The translations under genes and the position numbers were made by a program. The notes under the pieces are model-generated. The model did no database searches and was not told the origin of the DNA. It saw nothing but the letters and a program-made list of their open reading frames with translations. A stretch of DNA of 64,000 bases from Eledone cirrhosa (taxonomy: Eukaryota), in the NCBI GenBank assembly GCA_964016885.1, contig OZ024760.1, positions 11,222,001 through 11,286,000 on the forward strand. The letters are read 5' to 3'. Positions 29,790 to 44,081 of the stretch are shown piece after piece (position 1 is the stretch's first letter; the number at the start of each line of letters is the position of its first letter).

Positions 29790-30125
29790 ATTCTTCTTTG
29801 CGGGTTGAGAAAGGCTTTTAAGACTTTTAACATATCGTACCCGATTTCATCTTCCCCAGCGCCCTTGCCTCATTTGAGCTCTTTAATTATTCTTGTGACC
29901 TCAACCCCTGAGAGATTAGTCACCCTCCCAGATGCACCTCGTGTACATCAAAAGATTGCGTTTTGTTCTGGTTTAGAAGATAAGCAAAGTATTCTCTCCA
30001 CCTCGCGAGGATGCACCTGTATGAAGAGAGGAGAACCGCCGCAGACTTGTTCTTTATAGCAGGTGTGGAGGAAGGCTTCTTATTAGGAAGTCGGCGGATG
30101 GTCTGCCAGAACACTTTATTTGCTG
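29790..30125 (-). mobile_element. LINE (RTE/L2-like) fragment from the region between EN and RT
   Basis: SANKVFWQTIRRL...ILARWREYF..LLN. Confidence 0.7.
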
Positions 30126-30209
30126 AGAAAAGTACGAGGCTGGGGATAAGGCCCGAATAAGACCAGCATAACTGTAATATGGCGAGACGTAATAAAAAGA
30201 ACCATACCA

Positions 30210-30420
30210 CACCGTCCTTCGCAAGGGCTAGCAAAGGTGAATGGGCCTGTTCAAAAAATTATATTGCAGACTCCATTTCGTGTTGTAAAAACAAGCGATC
30301 TCCCTGCGACATGCCCCATAAGGCGTTAGATGGAAATACAAAGACTACGATTACTGAGACCTAAAATGGGTTCGGAAGGGAGCAAACCGGAACTATTGGA
30401 ACCTGGAACATCACAACTCA
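30210..30420 (+). mobile_element. LINE 5' region with start of APE endonuclease
   Basis: ATTGGAACCTGGAACATCACAACTC = IGTWNITTL, the typical APE N-terminus. Confidence 0.55.
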
Positions 30421-30435
30421 TTAATAATAATAATA

Positions 30436-30625
30436 ATAATTGTTTCTACTTTTGGCACAAGGCCAGCAATTTTACCAGTGTATTACTGGTACTTTATTTT
30501 ATCGACCCCATAAGGATGAAAGGCAAAGTTAACCTCGGCGGGATTTGAACTCAGAATGGCAAGGGCCGTAACTCTATACGTCAAAGCATGGCGTCCGACC
30601 CTCTACCAGTACTGCCAATGCACTA
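30436..30625 (-). mobile_element. Full-length SINE, followed by SINE remnants to about 30800
   Basis: Family core, A and B boxes. Confidence 0.9.
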
Positions 30626-31014
30626 ATTTTAGCACAAGGCCAGCAAATTAAAAGGAGGGAAGAGTTGACTGCACCAACCCCAGTATTTGACTGGTTCTTT
30701 ATTATATCAATCTCAGTATTTAACTGGTACTATATTATATCAACCTCAGTATTTGACTGGTACTATATTATACCAATCCAGTATTTAATTGGTACTATAT
30801 TATACACCTAGGGCAAATAATTCACAATGTGCATTGGTAAGCCAGTTAATACAGCACATTGATTATAATTTAAAAAAAAAACACTATACATATATACACT
30901 TGTGCATATGCATATGTAAATACAAGGAGGGATATTAATCTTACAGAGATAGTACTCTTCTCAATACGTGTGCTGAGCTCCGGCCGTTTCGACAGCTACA
31001 CCCGAACTAAACGA

Positions 31015-32025
31015 ATTGTTATTGTTACAGTTGCATTTATCTTGCTTTATGTTCATACGAGTTATCACCAAGTCACAACCAGTGACCTCAAGAGACAACA
31101 AGGTCCGCCATGTTCAAGAAAGAACATACATACACACACATGCATCTTTATGTGTTTAGACTTTTGATGTAATTATATTGACAGAATCTTCCTTAGTATA
31201 TGGGCAATTCCCATTAGTACTATCTTTTGAATTTCTTCTATACGCGGGTTTCCTGGGATTTGTGATAAGTAATCATTAGACCCCTTAGGTATCATTCCCA
31301 GAGCGCCCACAACCACTGGTATCGTTTTAGTTCTCAATTTCCACATTTTTCCAATTTCTATCTCCAAGTTCTTATACTTGCTCAATTTTTCAAATGTTTT
31401 TATAGATACATTCTTGTCTATTGGAACGGACATATCAACTAGCAGGCATACCCTCTTTTTAAAGTCCTTCAGTATTATATCAGGTCTATTAGCATCTATT
31501 TTTCGGTCTGTTTGGATGCTAAAGTTCCACAAGATTGAGATGTGATCTTTTTCAAGTACGGGAGGTGGTTGATGCTCCCACCAATTCTTTTGATGGGGCA
31601 TGTCAAAATGCTTACACATTATCCAATGTATGTATTATGCAGCTCTGTCGTGCCTGTTTAGGTATTCGGTTGGAGCTATAGGACTGCACATTGAAATTAT
31701 ATGATCAATGGTCTCTGGTGGTTTTTTTACATAACACGGCATAATGGGCTGCATCCATTTTTTATTATGTTGGCTTGGTAATTTTTTCTTGGCAGACACT
31801 GATCTTGTGCTGATGTAATCAGTCCTTCAGTCTCCGATTTCAGTCCAGAGGATACCAACCACTGATGGGTTAAAGTTTTATCAACATCAGGATTGTTAGC
31901 TCTTTCTGGGTATTTTCCATACAGAAGCTTTTCTTGCCATTTCTTAGCCAGTTTCTGTAGCAGTTCTTTCTTTGCAGTTACTTTTACCTGCTTTGCTTTT
32001 TCTGTGTTTTTCATTTCAGCAGTAA
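31015..32025 (-). mobile_element. R4/Dong-clade LINE 3' part with restriction-like endonuclease
   Basis: ETEGLITSAQDQ, CR..ETIDHII..C zinc knuckle, RHD, NRPDIIL..LVDMSVP (PD..D), KLSKY, PVVVGALG; 5' end abuts (TAA)n. Confidence 0.9.
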
Positions 32026-32085
<60 letters not shown>

Positions 32086-32322
32086 GTTATTATTATCATT
32101 ATTATTATTATTATTATTGTTGTTATGATGTTTAATTATGAATCTGCCAAGAATAATGAGTGTTGTCAATAGGAAATCATAGATCCGAACAATCAATGTT
32201 TACTGATGGGAAAATTCCCACCGAAAACAGTGAACCAGGAAACAAGATTGAAGAAATAATAGACGTATTGACCTACTCACTTATACTCTACACACCTCCA
32301 TATATATATATATATATATGTA

Positions 32323-32412
<90 letters not shown>

Positions 32413-32575
32413 TATATATACTATATATATATGTTAATATATATATATATATATGTTTATATATATATCTAGTTATATATATATCTTTATATATATATAT
32501 ATATCTTTATATATATATATCTTTATATATATATATATCTTTATATATATATATTTTTATATATATATATATATA

Positions 32576-32606
<31 letters not shown>

Positions 32607-32661
32607 CTTTATATATATATATATACATATATATATATGTAAGCATATATATATATATCTT

Positions 32662-32692
<31 letters not shown>

Positions 32693-32726
32693 CTTTATAT
32701 ATATATATACATATATATATATGTAA

Positions 32727-32773
<47 letters not shown>

Positions 32774-33000
32774 TGTGTATATATATATATACAAATATAT
32801 ATATATATATATATGCATACATATATATATGTATATATATATATATAGATACAAATATATATATATGCATATATATATATATATATGTATATCTACAAAC
32901 ATACATATATATACATGTATATATACATGTATGTATATATGTGTATATATATAATATATCCATACATATATGCATCTGTCTCTTTCTCTCTCTCACTCTC

Positions 33001-33053
<53 letters not shown>

Positions 33054-33056
<3 letters not shown>

Positions 33057-33426
33057 GATAAATCTACCAAAATGTACGGTAGTGTCCAATCCGTATTAAG
33101 AACTCAATGTAATCCGAATATCATGAAAAGAGAAGATGTATTCAAAAAATTTTTTTCGGTGAAAATTAACGGAAAACAGAGTCAAGATAAATTAATAAAA
33201 ATAATGAATAAAAACAAAGAAACAGTTCCTTATATTAAAAAATTCATCATTTTACGATCGTTTCTAGGATATATATGTTAGTGTTGGTATGTATATCCTA
33301 TAGATCCATGTAAAATTTTTACAAACTATCAGAGGGAGTATACATACCTACACATATATATGTTGTCTTCAGAAATAATGATATTTGTTTATTGAAAAAA
33401 CCAACAAAGATTTAATACAATAGGTC
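33054..33426 (-). mobile_element. PLE-like element, family E
   Basis: Homologous to 54845-55250; terminus GGTAGATTTATCTAC runs into (TA)n. Confidence 0.75.
33244..33381 (-). ncRNA. Hammerhead motif with very long stem II (family E)
   Basis: TCATTATTT-CTGAAGA-[~100-nt hairpin]-GAAACGATCGTA-AAATGATGA. Confidence 0.6.
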
Positions 33427-33492
33427 TGTTTGGGAACAGGTTTTGAATTGACCAATAGAAAGATATATATATATATACATATATATATACAC

Positions 33493-33525
<33 letters not shown>

Positions 33526-33627
33526 TATATATATATACATATATATATATTTATCTACAAATGTATGTATGTATGTATGTATGTATGTATGTATGTATGT
33601 ATGTATGTTTGTGTGTATATGTATATA

Positions 33628-33658
<31 letters not shown>

Positions 33659-33665
33659 TAATTAT

Positions 33666-33736
33666 TTATTAAAATAACAGATTAAAGTTTAAGCAAAGAA
33701 TCGCTGCTTTCACCCTTAATGGGATCTTCTGAAACT
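33666..33736 (-). mobile_element. Family D fragment
   Basis: Matches 9033-9097. Confidence 0.65.
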
Positions 33737-33844
33737 AACAAAGTCAATCTGTAAACGCAGAAGTGGATATTTCAAAAAACGTTGCAACCGGAGTGTATGT
33801 ATGTACATATGTATGTATATATGTTTGTGTGTATATATATATAC

Positions 33845-34008
33845 ATGGACACACTGGGAGACTGGAAGAGGAAGACCAAGGTTAACGTATGTTGATGCCC
33901 TAAGGACAGACACTGGTCTGTTGGAGACGCAGGACATGGCAGCGATAATGAGGGACAGAGACCGCTGGAGAGAACTCGCCCATGGATCTCGGGAATTTTA
34001 CCCACCCT

Positions 34009-34010
<2 letters not shown>
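33845..34010 (+). mobile_element. RTE-like LINE extreme 3' fragment
   Basis: GRGRPRLTYVDAL...MRDRDRWREL, a typical RTE C-terminus. Confidence 0.7.
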
Positions 34011-34040
<30 letters not shown>

Positions 34041-34043
<3 letters not shown>

Positions 34044-34318
34044 GATAAATCTACCAAGAGTTTACGGTAGTGTCCAATCCGTATGAAGAACTCAATGTAA
34101 TCCGGATATCATGGAAAGAAGAGATGCAATGAAAAATCACTTTCGGTGAAAGATAAACGGAATACAGAGTCAAGATAAAATATTAAAATTTGTACATAGA
34201 TCTGTTGAATATGCATGCCAATTCTAACACATATATATCCTAGAAACGATCGTTAAATAATGAACTTTTTTTGTTTAATATAAGGAACTGTTTCATTGTT
34301 TTATTCATTATTTTTTTA

Positions 34319-34326
<8 letters not shown>
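34041..34326. mobile_element. Family E element, inverted 3' arm plus direct arm
   Basis: Inverted GTAGATAAATCTACC..CAAGATAAAATATTAAA joined to direct TGTACATAGATCTG..GAAACGATCGTTAAATAATG. Confidence 0.75.
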
Positions 34327-34399
<73 letters not shown>

Positions 34400-34412
34400 A
34401 TATATATATGTA

Positions 34413-34457
<45 letters not shown>

Positions 34458-34944
34458 TTGATAGTCGGTAAAACTGATTAATTCCCCTCCAGTACTCGCC
34501 AGGTACATTATTTTATCGTCGTTGGAAAGCAGAAAACCAGAATTAATCTCAGCTGTATTTAAACTGTGAATGATAAGTTCCGTTCTAAATACCTTAATGG
34601 CGCGTTTCTTAGTCCTCCCACCCGACCCTCCTATGATTTGCCAATGCACCATCATATTAATCCTTAACAGCGGCCCCTAACTTTGTCAGGGACCCAGAAT
34701 TTGAAAGGATGATTGAAAGTTTGTTATATCAGTTCTTTTACCTGAATGTCGCCCTATTTTATCAATTATGTGTGAATGAAAAGCAAATCTCGTCCCGACG
34801 GGATTTGGAAGACGGGAAAGTATGTTGAAATACAGCAAAGCATTTTGTCCACCGAACAAATATGTCTGCCAAACCACCGCTGTATTTTGTATCTTCAGAG
34901 CACAATGAAATCTTTATAAGTATAATATATATTATAATTTGATA

Positions 34945-35982
34945 ATGCTTTCTGATTTAGGCACAAGGACAACACATTTTGTGTAGTGTAGAGTCGATTA
35001 AATCAACCCCAGTGTGGCGAAGTTTGGATTCTGAACGTAAAGGGACGTAACTATATACCGCAAAGTATTGTATCCGACGCTCTACAAATACTGCTAATCT
35101 ACCACACCAATCATGATAATAATTGTTTCTACTTTTAGCACAAGGCCAGCAATGTTACGGGAAGGGGAAATTTTACCAAATGGACCCCAGTGCATTACTG
35201 GTGCTTTTGATTATCGACCCCGTACGGATGAAAAGCAACAAGCTAACCTCAGTGGGATTTGAACTCAGACCTTAAAAGGCCATAATCTAAGTCCGACGCT
35301 CTACAAATTACTGCCAATTCATCGACCTACAATGATGAAATGATGGTTTCAGATTTAGGCACAAGGTCAACAATTTTTGGGGAAGGGAAAGTCGATTATA
35401 TAGACCCCAGTGTATCACTGTATCACAGGTACTTATTTCATCGATCACGTAAGGATGAAATGCAAATCAAACCTCGGTGGTATTTGACCTCAGAGCATAA
35501 ATGGCCGTAATAATATATTATAATTTTGTAATAAAAACAATTTTAAAATTTTATCTTTTAAAATACAAAGTAATAACATCATATAAATAAATAATTGTTT
35601 CTACTTTTGGCACAAGGCCAGCAATAACCCAGTTCATTACTGGTACTTTATTTTATCGACCCCGTAAGGATGAAAGGCAAAGTTAACCTCGGCGGGATTT
35701 GAACTCAGATCGTAAAGGGACGTAACTATGCTGGAAAGCATGGCGTCCGACCCTCTACCGACACTGCCAATCCACCGCCATCATATAAATAAATAATTGT
35801 TTCTACTTTAGGCACAAGGCCAGCAATTAACCAGTGCATTACTGGTACTTTATTTTATCGACCCCGTAAGGATGAAAGGCAAAGTCAACCTCGGCGGGAT
35901 TTGAACTCAGATCGTAAAGGGACGTAACTATGCTGGAAAGCATGGCGTCCGACCCTCTACCGATACTGCCAATCCACCGCCA
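34945..35982 (-). mobile_element. Cluster of five co-oriented SINE copies
   Basis: Copies at about 34945, 35118, 35345, 35593 and 35795; older remnants at 34470-34880. Confidence 0.85.
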
Positions 35983-36099
35983 TCATATAAATAAATAAAA
36001 ACATATAATATAAAATAAGTATGTAAACCTGAATATATAAAATTGATTGTATAAAATGCAATAGTCTCAGAAAAAACAATATTATGTTATAATATATAT

Positions 36100-36412
<313 letters not shown>

Positions 36413-36479
36413 ATATATATATATATATATGTGTATATATATGTATATATATATATATGTATATATATGTATATATATG

Positions 36480-36567
<88 letters not shown>

Positions 36568-37077
36568 TATACACACACATATATATATATATATATATAT
36601 GGAACACAATGAAACTAAATTTCATTTCTCACTCTTATACATATATACATATATACACACACACACACACATATATATACATACATATACACACACACAT
36701 ATATATATATATATATATGTGTATATGTATGTATATATATGTATATATATATATGTGTGTGTGTGTGTGTATATATGTATATACGTCGCTTTGTTTTCCA
36801 GATATATATGTATACATACATATATATACTTATATGTATAACGATGCAACTTTACAATGTGGTTAAATAACAAATATCATTATGAAATTGTATGTTTTAA
36901 GTAAAAATAAACAGACATCGAATGATATATTGTAAAAACATTAAAAAAATGATATAAAATCGTGAAGAACCGACTGAGTTAAGAAAATAAACATGAGACT
37001 TTAAGAAATAATTTTTGAATAACAGCGGGTGTTGTAGATACATTTTATGAAAATATAAGTAACATATTTCTTTCTAC

Positions 37078-37136
<59 letters not shown>

Positions 37137-37146
37137 TGTCTCTCTC

Positions 37147-37186
<40 letters not shown>

Positions 37187-37299
37187 ATATATATATATCA
37201 CTCTATCTATATATATACATATATATAAATATATACAATATGTATTTATATATTTATATATATATATATACTATATACTATATATACTATATATATATA

Positions 37300-37411
<112 letters not shown>

Positions 37412-37755
37412 TTTTGGCAGAGGACTTCAATCAAATATCATGTTGTGTTTGAATCACAGTGTCTTTTCATTCGAGAATGATGGTGGACATAATAAAATAA
37501 TTTTAAAAAAGACAAAAAACGCCTGCGCATGCGTATTTACTTGCATTCTTTATAGTTTAATTTTACAATAGTATAGATATATATGGTGGGTGTTGGTGTG
37601 TGGGTGTTGGTGTGTGGGTGTTGGTGTGTGTATGAGTGTGTATATATGTTAGTGGGTGTAGTAGTGTGTATGTGTATCGCTATATTGTGCTAGGTTTAAA
37701 AACTCCATGATTCCTCTAGGTTCTGTCTATACACATAGGATATATATTCAAACTG

Positions 37756-37804
<49 letters not shown>

Positions 37805-38034
37805 ATTGGTGTTGGGTGCTTAAAGCGTCCGTATGCGGTATGCCGTTTGAGCACTCGGTGCGCTTACAGAGCAGACATATGTGAGGATCTTGCGATTTCA
37901 GAGTCAGGTTTGATCATTGCATCGATCGTGCCTCAATCTAGTCGCCAGAGAAACGATTGTAATATGTCTAATAAATCTTATTCGTCGCACCACTGATTCT
38001 CCGTTCCTTATGTGATATCTCCCCCCCCCCCCAC

Positions 38035-38107
<73 letters not shown>

Positions 38108-38117
38108 TATATATATA

Positions 38118-38208
<91 letters not shown>

Positions 38209-38243
38209 AATATATATGTATTATATATATATTATATATGAAT

Positions 38244-38352
38244 AATTATTTCTACTTTTGGCACAAGGCCATCAATTATCCCAGTACATTACTGGTACTT
38301 TATTTTATCGACCCCGTAAGGATGAAAGGCAAAGTTAACCTCAGCGGGATAT
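38244..38352 (-). mobile_element. Truncated SINE
   Basis: Core and tail. Confidence 0.8.
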
Positions 38353-38445
38353 AATATATATATAATACATTTATATTATATATATATATATATATTATAT
38401 ATATATATATATTATACATATATTATATATATATATATATATATT

Positions 38446-38596
38446 GGCGGTGAATTGGCAGTATTGGTAGAGCGTCGGACGCCATGCTTTCCAGCATAGT
38501 TACGTCCCTTTACGATCGGAGTCAAATCCCGTCGAGGTTAACTTTGCCTTTCATCCTTACGGGGTCGATAAAATAAAGTACCAGTAATGCACTGAG
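38446..38596 (+). mobile_element. SINE lacking its tail, abutting the PLE fragment
   Basis: Head and core present. Confidence 0.85.
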
Positions 38597-38597
38597 G

Positions 38598-39243
38598 GCT
38601 CCATTTTAGATGATAGGTGATGTTGTTGTCTTGGAGATCCCAAATATGGCCTGAAAGTACAGTAGTGTGTCGCCTGACCGTGTTTCTAAATGAATGTTGG
38701 TGTTGGTAGTACCGTGTCTTGAACTCGCAGGCGGTTAATCCGATCTAGGACTTGTTGGAATGTTCCGTCCTCACGTCGCAGTGGTAGACACGTTTCGTTC
38801 TCAGCATCTATTGTTGAGGGGGCACGATGATCTATCCAAACAGTTACACCTCCTAGTTTGCTTATCGCTAATATCGTTGTTGTTTCTTCTGTTAGAGAGG
38901 AGTTTATGTTGTTAGATGAAGCGATATTTTGTTCAAAGTTGGGGGTAGTGCTGTAGGAAAGTTTAACAGTGTTTCTGTTGATGATATTGTAGCGGTGTTG
39001 GAGTGGGAAGTGTTTGTCAAGAAGTTGAGTAAGATCTTCCCGATTGATGTTGCGACCTCAGCATTGCAGAGAAGGTTGAACCACGTTACATGTCGTGAGC
39101 GGCGGCGTAGCCTGCTAGATCCGCTAGTTCGGCCTGGATAATATGAAATGTCCTCCTTGAAGCCGCTTCTTTTGAAGGCCTGGTGGTAGTGAAGCGCGTG
39201 TTCATTGAAGATCTGCTCACTTGTAGACAAGCGTGATATACGG

Positions 39244-39248
<5 letters not shown>
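38598..39248 (-). pseudogene. Penelope-like retroelement ORF remnant: RT thumb, Cys linker, GIY-YIG endonuclease
   Basis: RISRLSTSEQIFNEH..RHVTWFN..VATSIGK, FP..NRNTVKLSYS, CNCLDRSSCPLNNRC, VYHC, KS*IGLTACEFKTRYYQHQHSFR..LSGHIWDLQDNNITYHLKW; contains stops and frameshifts. Confidence 0.88.
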
Positions 39249-39281
<33 letters not shown>

Positions 39282-39479
39282 GGATTTAAATGGATACAGT
39301 TCAGTTAAAAGGAATTTATTGACACGTGTTTCAATAACAGTTACATAATCTGAAAACAGCTGCTATCTACAAAGTATTAGTTATGCAGATATTCAATATT
39401 TCAATGTTATTATCAATGTTATATATATATATCCCTCGATTTTAAATACGATTTTAAATACGTTTACTTTGATATATAT

Positions 39480-39560
<81 letters not shown>

Positions 39561-39669
39561 GAGAGAGAGGGAGAGAGAGAGAGGGGAAGAGAGAGGTATA
39601 TATGTATATATGTTTATATATATGTATGTATCCATAAACAGGTATGAGATGATATAAAGTAATTTTAAA

Positions 39670-39830
39670 TATTACCATTCATCTCGATTAAGGAATCCAG
39701 TCGGTTGCTTTTTGACAGGACCTCCTGGGGGGAGTGTTGGGGGCCTCTGTCGCTACGGACTTCTTGGGAATAAGTGACCGAAAAGAAGAAGAAGAAGAAG
39801 AAGAAGAAGAAGAAGAAGAAGAAGAAGATG
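39670..39830 (+). mobile_element. Probable LINE 3' tip with (GAA)n tail
   Basis: DRTSW-like end followed directly by a GAA repeat. Confidence 0.35.
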
Positions 39831-40626
39831 AAGGAAAAAAAAAAGATGATGATCATGATGATCAAATAGTAGATTGCACTAACTTCTTAATTTTTACCTT
39901 GAATTCCACAAACATACACCTGTAATCAAGGTATACCTTGTCATGTCTTCGATAGACTTGTTCACTTCATGTGATATTTATGTCGGTATCCAACAACCCT
40001 CTGTATAATATAACCACAATTTGTCATACATATATTCAGATCAGTTAGTGTTCTTCTCCTTCAGCCGCTACTTGGCAATTTAATGTTATGTGCTAGTGTA
40101 GGAACGTACATGCTAGAGTGCGCGTTATTATCTACTTCTATCAACGTATTTTTCTTTATTCTTTTTATTCATCGAAAGAAACTCATAATTAGATAATTTT
40201 TCTTAACGAGAATCAAGTAATTAGTCAAGATTTCTTGTGTCAACTTCATCAAATTCGCCATCTTGTAGAAATGACTGCTTTGTTTTTTTTTTTTTTGTTT
40301 TTTTGTTTGTGTTATTATTTTCCGACATTACATTGCACTTGAGATTGAAATCCTTCGAAATTATTTGTGTGTTGTGTCAACAAAGTTGTCTAAACTCTAC
40401 ACATGGTGCTTCGACTTTCTTCCAAGATGGTGATTATATATATATAAATATATATATATATATGTATAATATATATATATATATATATATGTATAATATA
40501 TATATATATATATATGTATAATATATATATAATATATATGTATAATATATATATAATATATATGTTTATATAAGATATGTATAATATATATATATAATAT
40601 ATATCTATATATATTATATATATATA

Positions 40627-40664
<38 letters not shown>

Positions 40665-40886
40665 TAAGTATAATATTTATATAATATATATGTATAGTAT
40701 ATATATAGTATATATGTATATATAATATATGTATAATATATATATATATAGTATATATGTATATATATATCTTGTATATATAGTGTAAGTATAATATTTA
40801 TATAATATATATGTATAATATATATATAATATATATGTGTATATAATGTATGTATAATATATATATATAGTATATAGTATATATAT

Positions 40887-41074
40887 AATTGTTTCTACTT
40901 TAGGCACAAGGCCAGCAATTACCCAGTGTATTACTGGTACTTTATTTTATCGACCCCGTAAGGATGAAAGGCAAAGTCAACCTCGGCGGGATTTGAACTC
41001 AGATCGTAAAGGGACGTAACTATGCTGGAATGCATGGCGTCCGACCCTCTACCGATACTGCCAATCCACCGCCC
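40887..41074 (-). mobile_element. Full-length SINE
   Basis: Near-identical to the 35795 copy. Confidence 0.92.
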
Positions 41075-41412
41075 TTATATATATATATAATGTATGTATA
41101 ATATATATATATAGTATATATATATAGTATATATGTATATATATATATTGTATATATATATGTATATATATAGTGTAAGTAAAATATTTATATAATATAT
41201 ATGTATAATATATATGTATATATAATATATGTATAATATATATGTATATATAATATATGTATAATATATATATATAATATATATGTATAATATATATGGA
41301 TATATAATATATGTATAATATATATATATAATATATATGTATATATATATGTATATAATATACATGTATATATATTTTATATATATATATAAATTATATG
41401 TATATATCTATG

Positions 41413-41443
<31 letters not shown>

Positions 41444-41450
41444 TTATATG

Positions 41451-41539
<89 letters not shown>

Positions 41540-41542
41540 GTA

Positions 41543-41608
<66 letters not shown>

Positions 41609-41828
41609 CAGAAGACAGATGAAATGTGCAATGAGGATTATCGATAAAATAGGATTTAAGAAGATAAGAATACAATATTAGAAAACTGTTTCCTTGAAAA
41701 TCACAAACACATACAGACATCTATCTATATATGTGTGTATATTTGTATTTTTGTTTGTGTAAACCCTCATATATATACACCTTCATGTGGGTAGATACCC
41801 ATGTATATACATACATATATATATATAA

Positions 41829-41899
<71 letters not shown>

Positions 41900-41928
41900 C
41901 ATATATATATATAAATATATATATTTAC

Positions 41929-41962
<34 letters not shown>

Positions 41963-41986
41963 GGATGTATTTATATATATATATGC

Positions 41987-42060
<74 letters not shown>

Positions 42061-42433
42061 ATGTGTGTGTGTGTGTGTGCATTTGTGTGTGTATATATAT
42101 ATATGTATATGTATATATACATATATATTTATAGTGCGGTTATGTGTCCAGCGGATTATTTTTCTTTATGCAGACTTTTGTGTTCACATACGCATGCGCA
42201 CACGTGAGTTAAATGTTTTAGTATACCCTCCGTGTATACAGCTCATATAAATTTCTCTCTCACATTCCCACATGTATATATATATATACATAGATTATGT
42301 ATATATATATTTATATATATATATATATTTATTTTTAACCATCTTTTGATCTTATATATTATATATTTATATATATATATATTTATATATATATATATTT
42401 ATATATATATATATATATATAAATATATATATT

Positions 42434-42756
<323 letters not shown>

Positions 42757-43314
42757 TTATATATATATTTATATATATATATATATATATAAACGATTTC
42801 TGTATCCACTTGTTTTTATACTTTGTCAAATTTCGCTTCCGTATTCTGATCAGAGAACATACAGTTACATTCACACATATATGTACACCTTCCCCACTAA
42901 TGACACACACACACACACACACACACAATCACACACACACACACACACACACACGTACATCGAAAATCTCAAAAAACGCGCACTTAAACACACTAACTCA
43001 CATACAATCCGCTCCCCACACACATGCACTAAACCACACACGCACACACACTTAAGCACACACAGACACACAGACCCCCTTACACACACACACATACACA
43101 GAGACCGTCTTACACACACACATAAGAAAGAATACTATTATATATGAGATATTGTATATAAAACGTATCCAGTAACTCTGTGATATCCTTCTAAGATATT
43201 GTGTAATATTTTATGAGTAGAAAGTTTGATGTCAGTTAATCCAAGTAGTTTTATTTAATGTCACTGGATCTAGAGATGGAAATTGAGGATTTAATAGGGA
43301 AATATAACAGATGT

Positions 43315-43425
43315 TTGTTGTTGTTGTTGTTGTTGTTGTTGTCTTAGTAGTAGTAGCCGAGCACCAGTAGTAGTAGTAGTAGTAATAGTAGTAGCAGTAG
43401 TAGTAGTAGTAGTACTAGTAGTAGC

Positions 43426-43471
<46 letters not shown>

Positions 43472-43920
43472 CTAGTAGTAGTAGCAGTAGTAGCAGTAGC
43501 AGTAGTAGTAGGAATAGTAATAGCAGTAGTAGAAGTAGTAGTAGTAGTAGTAGTAGTAATAGTAGTAGCAGTAGTAGAAGTAGTAGTAATAGTAGTAATA
43601 GTAGTAGTAGTGGTAGTAGTAGAAGTGGTAGAGTAGTAGTGGTGGTAGTAGTAGTAGTATTAGTAGTATTAACAGTAGTAGTAGTAGCGGTAGTAGTAGT
43701 AACGGTAGTAGTAGTAGTGGTAGTAGTAGTAGTAGTAGTTAGTGTTGTCTTCATATATACCATTACAACAAGATATTACCACCCTCATCTTAAAGTCATT
43801 GTTATATTGGAATTAGTGAAATCTTTTCTTAATCTATTCTCTCGGCCTCTCATACATTGCTTTCTATATCCTCCTTTGATGATGTTAGAAGAACAACAAC
43901 AACACCACCAGCAACAACAA

Positions 43921-43979
<59 letters not shown>

Positions 43980-44049
43980 CCACCACCACCAACAACAACA
44001 ACAACAACAACATCACCACCACCAACAACAACAACAACATCACCACCAG

Positions 44050-44081
<32 letters not shown>

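Noticed and set aside
38795-38810. In-frame TGA next to the PLE Cys linker as possible selenocysteine
   Set aside because: It follows an intact fourth Cys rather than replacing one, and the copy has other stops and frameshifts; likely decay
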